Positions 24,425 through 36,532 of a DNA stretch of 64,000 nucleotides are shown piece after piece. The stretch comes from Octopus sinensis (taxonomy: Eukaryota). Each line of letters opens with the position of its first letter. Position 1 is the first letter of the stretch. The DNA lies in contig NC_043007.1 in assembly GCF_006345805.1 (NCBI RefSeq), positions 30,814,001 to 30,878,000 of the forward strand. Direction: 5' to 3'. Below the pieces are notes generated by a model. It was not told the origin of the DNA. It saw nothing but the letters and a program-made list of their open reading frames with translations, and made no database searches. The position numbers were made by a program, and so were the translations under genes.

Positions 24425-24770
24425 ATATCGTGGCACTCCGTCGATTACAACGACGAGGGTTCCAGTTGATCCGATCAACGGCGCAGCCTGCTCGTGAAAT
24501 TGACGTGCATGTGGTTGAGAACTCCACAGACATGTGTACCTTTCATGTAGTTCTCGGGGAGATTCAGCGTGACACAGAGTGTGACAAGGCTGGCCTTTTG
24601 AGATACAGGATGAAAGAGTAAGAGAAAGCTGAGGTAAAAGAGTACAGCTGGGTTCGCCACCAACCCCTGCCGGAGCATCGTGGAGCTTTAGGTGTTTTCG
24701 CTCAATAAACTCTCACTACGCCCGGTCTGGGAATCGAAACCGCGATCCCACTGGGCCATTGCGCCTCCAC
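24425..24770 (-). mobile_element. SINE group C1
   Basis: Collinear with 16726-17112, with small deletions. Confidence 0.85.
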
Positions 24771-24892
24771 ACACACATGCATGCATTATACATAACTTAA
24801 TAGCACCACCTGATAAGATTATTCGAATCCTGTTTAAGTCAAGTTTTGTTTAATAATAACAATAACAACAACAATATTTTTTTTCTGTGTCC

Positions 24893-24928
24893 CTTTCAGT
24901 GGAAGAGCGTAGGCTCGAAACGTTAAAG
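24893..24928 (+). ncRNA. degenerate minimal hammerhead-like motif
   Basis: CUUU-CAGUGGA-A-GAGC(GUAG)GCUC-GAAA-CG-UU-AAAG: stems intact, core mutated. Confidence 0.4.
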
Positions 24929-25275
24929 ACTTTTTCATTTCCCGAGCGTTATACTAATATTCTGTTTGTTTTGTACACCACCTGTCTTCGTTTTTTGGGG
25001 GTTTTTTTGTGAATTCTCCCCCTATATGTATATATCAAACATTCTCAACCAAAACTATATGTGAACATATATAGAAGAATGTATGTGTGCGTGTGTGGTG
25101 TGTTATGGCATACTTTGTATGTAGGAAGTGTCGTAAGAGGGTGAAGAATGGTTTTTTTTTTCGGGTTTGTCTCTCTCTTAACTTTGACCTTAGAACCTTT
25201 CAGTTCTGTTTAGTGTTTTTCTGATTTTGCACACTTACACTCCCACTAACATACACGCAAACACATATGGGACGA

Positions 25276-25289
25276 TAATAATAATAATA

Positions 25290-25327
<38 letters not shown>

Positions 25328-25460
25328 TAACAATAATAATAATAATAAAATAATAATAATAATAATAATAAAATAATAATAATAATAATAACAATAATAA
25401 TAATAATAATAATAATAACAATAATAAAATAATAATAATAATGATAATAATAATAACAAT
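25276..25460. repeat. (AAT)n microsatellite
   Basis: Direct reading. Confidence 0.95.
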
Positions 25461-25631
25461 AAACAAAACAATTAAAAACACACACTTGTAATATATATGT
25501 ATGTGTGTATGCAACAGGCGTGCATAAAAACATATATATATACATGCCCACACACAAACACACATATATATGTATGTATGTATATATATATATATATATC
25601 TATATATATATAGATATATTATATATATATA

Positions 25632-25691
<60 letters not shown>

Positions 25692-25795
25692 TATATATAT
25701 ACGACCTTATAAATAGGCACACGTCTAAAATTGGGAATATTTGTAACTATGCAACTAAACACACACACACATATATATATACAAATATATAATAC

Positions 25796-25867
<72 letters not shown>

Positions 25868-26149
25868 TGTGTATATTATATATATAGATAGATAATAATG
25901 ATAGATACATACATAATAATACATACATACATACATACATACTACATACATGCATAATACAGCATACATGCATACATACATACATACATACATACATACA
26001 TTCATACATACATACATACATACATACATACATACATACATACATACATACATACATACATGCGTGTGTGTGTCTGCGTGGAAGAGTCAAAATATACACC
26101 CTAAAATATAACATCCAGGACAGTAGAATACCAACCTAAAATTCCATTC

Positions 26150-26778
26150 TTGTTTGGAATCATTGTTGCATTCTACCCCGACACCCTTAGTTATCACCAC
26201 CACCCTTACAACACCCCCTGTATCCCCTTTTTCCTTAGTAAATTCCAACTCTACAATACACCCCTCCTCCCCTACCCCCACCACCCTTAAGTACCCCCAA
26301 ATGTATATAGCCCCTATTCCCTACACTCTTAATATATCAAACCCCACCCTTGCACCCTGTACACTATATTACCACCACCACCACCCTGTGCCACCCCACA
26401 CCTCACCAAGCCCCTGACACCACAGTACCCCCTACTAACATCGTTATCTCTGATGCAGGCACCATTTTAACGCCATCACCACCACCAACACCACTACATC
26501 GCACTCTGCTAACAACACCGCCATTACAATTACTACTACTACAACTACTATTGCCACTATCATTACTACTATGACGACTACTACCACTACTGCTACTACT
26601 ACTACTACTATTATTACTGTTAGTTCTACTACCACTACTACTACCACTACTGCCACAACTACAACTACTATTATTACTACTACTACTACTACTACTATTA
26701 TTACTACTACTACTACCCCCACCACTACTACTACTACTATTATTACTATTAGTTCTACTAGCACTACTGCCACAACTA

Positions 26779-26809
<31 letters not shown>

Positions 26810-27690
26810 GCTACTACTGCTACTACTGCTACTGCTACTACCATCTCCACCACTAATGCTACTAATGCCACCACCACCACCACTATTACCACAAGCATCA
26901 GCACTCTAACACAGGTCCCCCCGCCATTACCACCACAACCACAGCCAATACCATCATCACTACCTCCATCACCATCAACACCCCACCGCCAATACTTCGA
27001 AATCACTATCACCGCCACTAACCACGCCACCATCACCAGCGTCACCACTTCCACCATCGCCATCACTGCTATTACAACCATCGCCGCCATAGTTCTTACT
27101 GCCACCACCACCACCACCACCATCACCCCACCACCACCACCACCATCACCACCACCACCACCATCTCATCATCGCATCACCACACGACCACCACTGCTAC
27201 CACAATCAGCATCTACATCACCACCCCCACAAGTAACACCACCACCACCATCACTACCACCACCACCATCACCACACCCGCCACCGCCACCCTACAATCC
27301 CCAACTGAGCCCCTACACCAACATCCCCACCCAACCCTGGTCTGACAAAGTTCAAATCGTGTTAATGGTATGTTAATGGTATGATTGATGACATAGTTGG
27401 GATGGTTGTGTAATGGCGGTGCTGTTGCAGGTGGGCATGCTGGTAATGGTGGTGGTAGCAGTGGTGGTGGCGATGGCGGTGATGTAGATGCTGGTTGTGG
27501 TAGCAGTGGTGGTCGTGTGGTGAAGATAAATGATGGTGGTGGTGATGGTGGTGGTTGCCGTGTTGCTATTGGTATTGGCGGCAGTAGTGGTGGTGGTTGT
27601 GTTGGTGATGGTGGCGGTGGTGATTGTGTTGTTGTTGTTGTTGTTGTGGTGGTGGTGGTGGTGGTGGTGGTGGTTATAACAGCTATGACC
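26150..27690. repeat. compound low-complexity tract (ACC/TAC-rich, then GGT-rich)
   Basis: Direct reading; strand composition flips near 27330-27370. Confidence 0.9.
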
Positions 27691-27897
27691 ATTCACGTTA
27701 TTTACTTTTCGGGACTTCATTAACCATGTGACCTTTGTACGATTTGAGGAGGTTTAGCTATTATTTCTAACAGATCGAATAACTACATGTTTTCATTATT
27801 ACTACAATATGCCTCTCCAATATGTATCGTATTACTGGTATATACACTCAATGCTATTGAATATATTTATTACAACAACACATTATTGATACGTGCA

Positions 27898-28110
27898 TAG
27901 GACGGGGTATCGAAAAGTTCCTGGCTTTGGGTAAAAGAAAACACAGGAGGATCAGTTGATTATGATTTTATTCAACATATTTCCCTCTCAGATTCACACA
28001 CTTACTGCAGCGGGTCTTTTAGTTTTTCTGAGCCCTGTAAAAGAACTCGGAAGGTTGAGCCTCCAGCCAGACTTTTCGCGAAACTCTGAAAGCTGTGAAC
28101 TTTTCGGCAC
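27898..28110 (-). mobile_element. mariner terminal fragment
   Basis: ta-ggacggggtatcgaaaagttcc resembles a mariner TIR, followed by ttttattcaacatatttccctctcag typical of a mariner 3' end read in reverse. Confidence 0.45.
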
Positions 28111-28226
28111 TTCCTCGTATCTGTCCGTCTTTTATATATATGTACAATTATATAATTGAAACTCACTCGTGCCTATAAAGCACCCATATAGCAATCTGGA
28201 TAATACATACTACTATATACATATGT

Positions 28227-28530
28227 GGAGCCGCATGGCTTAGTGTTTGAGCAGCGAACTCGCGGTCGAGGGATCGGGGGTTCGAATCTCAGACCGTGCG
28301 ATGTATGTGTTTATGAGCTAAATACCTAAGCTCCAATCGGCTCCGGCGGAAGGTAATGGCGAACTTCTGCTAATTCTTTCGCCACAACTTTCTCTCACTC
28401 TTTCCTCCTGCATCTAGCATTTCACCTGCGACAGGCCGGCGTCCCGTCCAGGTAGGGAACCTATACGCCAATGAAACCGGGAAACCGCCCCTTATGATCC
28501 AGGCATGGCTCGAGAATGAACAAGCAACAA
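28227..28530 (+). mobile_element. tRNA-headed SINE with V-domain-like core (group C2)
   Basis: ggagccgcatggcttagtg...ggttcgaatc head; cctgcgacaggccggcgtcccgtccagg resembles the V-SINE central domain; second copy at 51575-51885. Confidence 0.8.
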
Positions 28531-28694
28531 CTATATACATATGGAAAGACCTGTATGTTCAATAGTTACAGACACAAATACACGAGAGAAACGACTGGTA
28601 GAACCGTATCCTGAAAATTCGCCAAAAGAAATTTCGCTGTTTAGAAAAACACGCCGAAAGATAAAGTGTATTATATCTTTTCTACTCTGGGTAC

Positions 28695-28830
28695 AAGGCC
28701 CGAAATTTTGAGGAGAGGGTCAGTCGATTAGATCGACACCAGTACGCAACTGGTACTTAAGTTATCGACACCGAAAGGACGAAAGGCAAAGTCGACTTCG
28801 GTGGAATTTGAACTCAGACGTAAAGACAGA
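28695..28830 (-). mobile_element. SINE family B
   Basis: aaggcccgaaattttg...gacgaaaggcaaagtcgacttcggtggaatttgaactcag. Confidence 0.8.
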
Positions 28831-29277
28831 TGAATAATGCGTATTATACCGGCATTAAAAAAATGATAAAAGATTTTATTAAATCGACATCGAATAGTGA
28901 AGCCTTTATTCAACGTTGGTTCTACGACAATAATGTTTCCTGTGAAATTTGCTATAACCTGGAAGGACGAAATATGTTCCTTCGGCAACAGAACTAAGCA
29001 AATTATGCCATAATCAAGGCAAAAGAGGTCCCAATGTCTGTCTTGCGGAGAAACCCTCCCAGTGTGGGCGAAAACAAAAGTAACAGTACAAACATTCCAT
29101 TTGTAATCACCCATAATCCTACCAAACAATAACATCTTACATTCGCTCAAATACGCACTTTAATTTATATATATGTATATATATATAATATACATATATA
29201 TCTATTTATGTATTTGTGCATAGATGTATGTATGTATGTATGTATGTATGTATGTATGTATGTATGTATGTGCGTGC

Positions 29278-29332
<55 letters not shown>

Positions 29333-30024
29333 AAGGTGCGTAGTGCAGTGGTTAGTACGTTGACCTCACGATCATAAAGTTTTGGATTTCATTCCTGGAG
29401 CGGGGTGTGTTGTATTCTTTGCACCACCACCACCATCACCACCACCATTATGCAGTAACCATCAGCACCACCACCATTTCCACCACCAACATGCTTCTAT
29501 TCGAAGGGTTCACCAAAAGAAACCCTACTCCCTAATGCGTTGCTGGTTGTTTGAAGTATTCTAACTCTAATTTCCTCAATTTTGGATCGTCAACCCTCCT
29601 CCCCACACATACGCACACCTACACGCAGCCCCACATACCATTTGACCTGACCTCACCTGACCCCACCTGACCTAGTCTGACCTTTCCTGACCTCCTTTCA
29701 GCTCAGTCATTGTCTCGGTTATATCATTGTGTATGTTTCGTGGGTGTGTTTGCCTCGATTGTCTTTGCAAGTTATCAGCTCCATTCCAAGTTGTACTTGT
29801 TTGGCAAAGGGACCTGATCTGGGGTCACGGTGCGTTGGAGCTGAAACAATTACATCGGGCTACACTCGTGAACAACATTGAAAACACACACACACTTATA
29901 TACATGTGTGTGTGTCTGTGATTGTGTATACATACATATATACATATATATACCTATACATACATATATATAAATAGCGGTGCCCCAGCATGGCCACAGC
30001 TCGTGAGCTGAAACTAGATGAAAT

Positions 30025-30064
<40 letters not shown>

Positions 30065-31149
30065 TACATATGAATGTGTGTGTGTGTGTGTGTATGTGTG
30101 TACGCGTGTGTGTGTGTGTGTGTATGCGTGTGTGCATAATTAGAAGAAACAAGGATTTTAAAAAATTCTGGCAGATATCAATAAAGCACTCAGAATTAAA
30201 AGAATTTGGTTATAAATGTTCAAGAATCAGATTCCAGTAAATGTAAGTAGAATACAGATCCCAGGTAAGTCCTCATGCATCACAGGTAAATCCAAATATT
30301 CTTTGGCAGAATTTCGAGAAATTCAGTGAATTTAACAATGAAAAAATACGTATAAAGAAAATTACGTCATTATTTTAGATCTCACCTTATAAAGCCGACA
30401 ATTGTTTCGATTGCATTAACACACACATTTATATATATAACCTTTTTTAACTAAATTTTACCTCTTTCCAGACACATGATGATGAAATACCAGGTAGAAA
30501 ACAATTAGTATTTTCGACATCGACATCTTCGCTTATAATCAAGGTTCCAAAACTGCCAAAGTCACACGAGCAGTGGCGGCTCGTAGATCAAATTAGTGGT
30601 GGTGCTGCTTCAGAAAATTTTTAGCCGTTGTTTTAATATTGTGTAAAGGGAAACAAACATAACAAGAAAATTTATACATAAACTTGATCGGTTTCCGTTT
30701 TAGCCACAGCCGAGAGTGTGTGTTTAATTTGTTCACCGAACACCGCCGCGAATTCCCCCTTGTTTTTCAAAAATCCCCCCTAAATCACAAAATAAGTGGG
30801 GAAAATCTGCCTTACCTGGCAGCAATACTGTAGCTGGAAGCAGGATAATAATCTAATTCTACACTTTATCACGTTCAAGAATATAAACACGTTTTTAAGC
30901 ACAACACACACAGAGTCAAAAAGAAACACTACATTTCATTAGCTCACCAAGGTCGGCACTGCTTGATAGACAGTGCTCTCTCTCCCTAGCGGGCAGCTTC
31001 CTATTTCGGACATGTGAGCATGCGCGCAACAGCCAAATACCGCGTCGCTAGAACTGTGAAGCGCATGGTTCTATACAAGGATTTTTGTTATTTTTTCATA
31101 AACTAAGGGATGGCTAATGACATTAAGATTAAGGATTATATAATGTACA

Positions 31150-32268
31150 AGTATAAAGAAAGAATTAAAGAAAAAAGGACGCATTATATTGAATGTTATC
31201 GATAATATCAAGTGGAAATGGGGGGGGTGCAGTTCCGCAGTGGCTATACACGAGCCACCACTGCGCACGAGACGTTTATGTTTTGTGTACGGAGAAGGCG
31301 CCAATGCTGAAAGAAATGCAGCAAAATGGTTTCCACGCTTCAACGAGGGGAAAATTCGACCCCGCAGACATCTGCGTTCCGGCCGACCTGTTCAATTCAA
31401 GGAGGATGGATTGAATGAACTCAAGCACGACGATTCTCGCCAATTCACTGGAGAATCGGTCCACCAGATGGAATGCTCTCGTGTTACGTCACCCGTCGCC
31501 TTCACTCGATGGATAATCTCCAAAACACTGGGGTGCATGGGTGTCACACGCACTGAACGAAAAAGACGACAAACTCCACTATCACCGCCAGTTTGATCGG
31601 TCGATACCAACCTACTTATAAATGCAGAGATTTCTTTGCCATATCGTCACCGGCGATGAAAAATCGTGTCTTTGAGACAATATGAAGCTGAGAAAAGAAT
31701 AGCTGAGCCCCAATAAGCAGGCAACACCAAGAGCCAAGCCAGAGTTGCAACCCCACAAGACAATGATCTGTGTTTGGTGGGTTTGGGAAGGGTTAATCCA
31801 CTACGAAACAGCCACATAACCAAATGAGAGTTTTACGTTCGGTAAATGCACTGGTTCAAGAAGGTAAGCCTGCTGAAACGATACGAACGGTGACAGGGCG
31901 TGCTTCTTCAATACGACAACGTTGTTAATTTGACCCAAAATGCTCTTCAAGAGCCCGGTTGGGAAGCTCGACCGCACCCATTGCATTCTCCTGATATAGC
32001 ACCTTCAACAATCACCATTTTCGGTCGCTCTCCAATAGTCTGCGAGTCGTTTCGTTCAACAATGACGTGGGGCCGAAAATTTGGCGCGATGAATTCTTCG
32101 ATTCAAGACCCGGTAATTTCCACCGTCAAAGCATTCACGAACTCGTGTGGAATTTTGGCAAGATTTCGAGAACACCGAAGTGGAATATATTATTGATTGC
32201 TTTACTTAGATTGCTGATGAAAAATGAAGATTAAAATAGATGCGGGAAAAACGAATTTAACAACCCAA
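31150..32268 (+). mobile_element. decayed mariner element
   Basis: AERNAAKWFPRFNEG...RSGRPVQFKEDGLNEL (HTH region) and LQEPGWEARPHPLHSPDIAPS (DDD region); right end acaacccaa followed by TA; left TIR not found. Confidence 0.8.
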
Positions 32269-32783
32269 TATATGTAACCGTCATGGCTGCCCTAATCCGA
32301 GGCATAAGATTACAAATACGTTCAACATAGAGTTAGCAATAGGTTGAGATAAACGGAACTGTGCCACCATCTACGGACAAATAAGAAAAAAAACAAAGCG
32401 TTGAACAACTTAGAAAAATCACGCAGAACAAAATATGTGAAATATTTATGGATGCATACATGTGTGTATGTGTGTATGTATGTGTGTGTGTGTGTGTGAG
32501 TGTGTGTGTAATTAATTAAGGGTAACAGAATTTTTAAAAAAGAACAAAGAAGAAACGAAAAATCATCAACATTAATCTATTCATATTCAAATACACAAAC
32601 CGGAAACCGCAGATTATTCAACGACGCCATTTTTCTAATGCGGGACGGCGTTAATCTTTGAATAAGCCCGACAGCGGTAATGACACAGAAATAACTCTAT
32701 CCTCTTTGATCTGCTCTTTCTCCTAGCTTCCTTTGTTTATTTTAGTCTTTATACACTATATGTGTGTATATATGCATGTATGT

Positions 32784-32832
<49 letters not shown>

Positions 32833-32849
32833 GGTCTTCGAAATATATA

Positions 32850-32949
<100 letters not shown>

Positions 32950-33402
32950 TATATATATAACATATATATATTAACATAAATAACTATATAACATACGAAT
33001 ATTATATATATATATATAGAATATATGTATTTATAAATGTTTTCAAATGTGTGGGGGGGGCGTGCATGTATGTATATTACTCGTTCTCATCATCTTTTAT
33101 ACATGTATCATCTGGTCATCATCTTTGCATAATTATACATTTTGTCGTCGTCGTCGTCGTCGTCATCTTTAATTGGGGTATTTCGTCTCGCCATCCGCTG
33201 CCTCTTGTCTTTTCACTCGCCATCCGCCGCAGTAACACTCAGCATCAAACACATTCAACAACAAAGAAAATCCACCCGACTCTCCTGTTGTTTATATTTT
33301 GTTATTTTTATCAGTGTTTTATTTTTTTTTTTTACAACCTGGATACCCTAACTATTACCAAGCACTTCACACCGACAACTAGGCGCACTTCACACACACA
33401 CA

Positions 33403-33448
<46 letters not shown>

Positions 33449-33489
33449 TATATATATATTATATACATATATATATACATATATATATG

Positions 33490-33520
<31 letters not shown>

Positions 33521-33521
<1 letters not shown>

Positions 33522-34120
33522 CGACGGGCTTCTTTCAGTTTCCGTCTACCAAATCCACTCACAAGGCTTTGGTCAGCCTGAGAGGCTATAGTAGAAGACA
33601 CTTGCCCAAGATGACACGCAGTGGGACTGAACCCGGAACTATGCGGTTGGTAAGCAAGCTTCTTACCACACAGCCACTCCTGCGCCTATATATACAAAAT
33701 ATATGTGCAGTCACAAAACACGCATCAAATCACACGCACCCGTCCATACACACACACACACAACACACACACACACATATATATATATATACATATATAT
33801 ATACATATATATATACATATATATATACATATATATATACATATATATATACATATATATATGTATATGTATGTATGTATGTATATGTACGACGGGCTTC
33901 TTTCAGTTTCCGTCTACCAAATCCACTCACAAGGCTTTGGTCAGCCTGAGAGGCTATAGTAGAAGACACTTGCCCAAGATGACACGCAGTGGGACTGAAC
34001 CCGGAACTATGCGGTTGGTAAGCAAGCTTCTTACCACACAGCCACTCCTGCGCCTATATATACAAAATATATGTGCAGTCACAAAAACACGCATCAAATC
34101 ACACGCACCCGTCCATACAC
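33521..34120 (-). repeat. tandem duplication of SINE A 5' half plus flank (period 368 bp)
   Basis: 33521-33750 and 33889-34120 are identical except for a one-A indel. Confidence 0.9.
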
Positions 34121-34297
34121 ACACACACACACACACACATCATCATCATCATCATCGTCGTCGTCGTCGTCGTCGTCGTCATATATTACTCATTCAATTT
34201 TCTCCAAATTTTCCATATTCCGGCCGAGAGACCCATCTAATACTGTTCTGTCTCTACAACACATAAGTGCCTTCCTCTCTCTCTTTCTCTCTTCCAG

Positions 34298-34380
<83 letters not shown>

Positions 34381-34429
34381 TGTCTTAATTATATTATCTC
34401 ATTGTTCATCTTATTTCCTAGAATAAACC

Positions 34430-35050
34430 TACCAGTTCAAGTACTTCACTCTCAATCCTTCAACTCAGTGGAAAAAAACTTGTCTCCAGACTTAGTTTCG
34501 TCCAGTTTAAAAAGCGCAGATGACTTCCTTGTTTAAGGCAATGGTGTTGCGATGCTCTGTCCCGAATGAAGAACATGGAATTTTGATTGTTCAGAGACAA
34601 ATTTCTTTCATTCACCCAGTCTTATTTCATACACGTATAAACATCTTTGTTTTTCTTGCTATCAAAAAACACCACTTCTAGCTGTTAGTCTTTTCTACAT
34701 TGTAACTCGATATGGTGACAGACTGTACAACATTGTCAATATCTGATGATATTATAAGATATTTCGGATAAGGTCCCACCATCATTTCCATTTCGTTATT
34801 TCATGGAATCAAAGATCCAATTACCTGCCAAAGTTTGTTGGATTATGGCGTAAGATTTCAGGATCAACCTTGCCAAAAGCTTTTCGAAATCGAAGTATAT
34901 ATTGTCAAACATTGGTCCACATGACAGGCTGTTTAGGGTTTCGTTACTGCGAACTCCTCGGTACACTATAGCAGAAGAAAGACAAGATGATTACAGCTGA
35001 AACGCATTTGACCAAAGTCCTGCTTATCAAGGATGATATGTGGAGATTTA
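34430..35050 (-). mobile_element. old CR1/L2-like RT fragment
   Basis: Minus-strand FDNIYFDFEKAF-KVDPEIL resembles the VDVIYLDFAKAFDKV motif; heavily decayed. Confidence 0.55.
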
Positions 35051-35320
35051 CTTTCATATATCACACGCCAAAAGTCTTAATAAGTTTTTTCACTTTGCTG
35101 GTAACTGAACGAATAACAGAAAGGAAAGAATAGCGTGTTACAATGTGATTCAAATGAATGTGGACATTTCTTGTTCGCATCAATGCCACTCGGCACCGGA
35201 CGAGTGCGGCAAACTTACTTTTAAAAACTGCCGAAATGCTGGATCACGGTTACATTTCGCGTGTCATTTCACTGATTTCCCCCTTAACAGAAGTTTTGAC
35301 CTTTGACTCTCATGGAGGAT

Positions 35321-35392
35321 AATTCGCTGGTGTAAAGGTAACACAATTAGTCGCGTTAACAAAGGGATGTGGGTTCGAGTCCCACGCGGATA
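35321..35392 (+). tRNA. tRNA-like gene/pseudogene (Thr-CGT-like loop), unit 1
   Basis: Acceptor attcgc/gcggat, D arm gtgt-aaaggta-acac, T arm gtggg-ttcgagt-cccac, weak anticodon arm, T6 at 35401-35406. Confidence 0.5.
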
Positions 35393-35641
35393 GGAAAGTC
35401 TTTTTTCTTTTCTGTCGAGGTCTTATATGCCCCTTTATTAGACTATTTTCCTTAGTCACTGCACAGTGATCGGCATAAGCTTTAAGCTTATATAAAAAAA
35501 ACACCATTATTATTATTTACAGGATTGTAAACACGGCGCCTTATAAAAAAACATTCTCACCGAAAACATGTAGAAAGTTCGTTTACATAAAAACAAATAC
35601 GAACTAATATAGTTCTTAAATTTGACAGAAACAGGGAGGGT

Positions 35642-35714
35642 AATTGGTTGGTGTAAAGGTAACACACTTATTCTCGTTTAACAAAGGGATGTGGGTTCGA
35701 GTCCAACGCGGATA
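35642..35714 (+). tRNA. tRNA-like pseudogene, unit 2
   Basis: Same layout as unit 1; mismatches in acceptor and T stems. Confidence 0.45.
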
Positions 35715-36459
35715 GGAAAGTCTTCTTTCTTTTCTGTTGAGGGGCTTATATGCCCCTTTATTAGACTATTTTCCTTAGTCATTGCACGGTGTTCGCCGTA
35801 AGCCTTAAGCTTATATAAAAATACCTTTATTACTAATTACAAGATTGTAAAATACGGCACCGTATAACAAAACCATTCGCATAAAAAAAGCAGGTGACAC
35901 TCTCCAAGGAATTAAGGGAAATATGTCTGGATTGAACCAGACATATTTTTCCAAATTATGAAAACGAGACAACAAATCAGAGGTGTGAACTCTTACAAGA
36001 GATCAAAATAAAATAAATAGCGACGCGCTCAGTACTAAAGAGGAAATAGGTAAGTAGTTACCGTACATATACTACAAAGTAATCAGAGGCTAGGGGTTCA
36101 ATTTTCTTCTTGTGTGTATTTTTTTTATGGTCTGCACATCGAAGTCACAAAACTTCCAGATTTTTTTAAATCTCGGTCAGAGTTTCTTTAACTTTGGTTC
36201 TTGTGAAGTTGAGAAATAAATTCATATGGAGAACGTCCTTTAATTCGTTAGAGAGTGTCACCTGCTTTTTTTCTTTTTTTTTTTTTTTGTCATGCGAATG
36301 GTTTTGTTATTCGGCGCCGTATTTCACAATCTTGTAATTAATAATAATGGTATTTTTATATAAGCTTAAGACTTATGGCGATCACCGTGTAATGTCTAAG
36401 TAAAATAGTCTAATAACGGGGAATATAAGCCCTCGACAGAAAAAAAAAGAAGACATTCC

Positions 36460-36532
36460 TATCCGCGTAGGACTCGAACCTACACACCTTTGTTAAACGA
36501 GACTAAATGTGTTACCTTTACCCCAGCGAATT
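36460..36532 (-). tRNA. tRNA-like gene/pseudogene, unit 3
   Basis: T arm gtagg-ttcgagt-cctac, gtctcgt anticodon-like loop, T8 run ~11 nt downstream. Confidence 0.5.

Noticed and set aside
26154-27723. Mucin-like or poly-Thr/Val/Gly ORFs
   Set aside because: Trinucleotide low-complexity DNA open in several frames on both strands; no splice or domain support.
30396-30515. Hammerhead-like fragments (gaaacaattgtc on minus; tgatgaaataccaggtagaaaac on plus)
   Set aside because: Each lacks an intact core or stem set; too degenerate to support.
35884-35894. aaaaaagcagg resembling Gateway attB1 (vector contamination)
   Set aside because: Only 11 nt match, the sequence continues differently, and it is mirrored in the other arm of the element.
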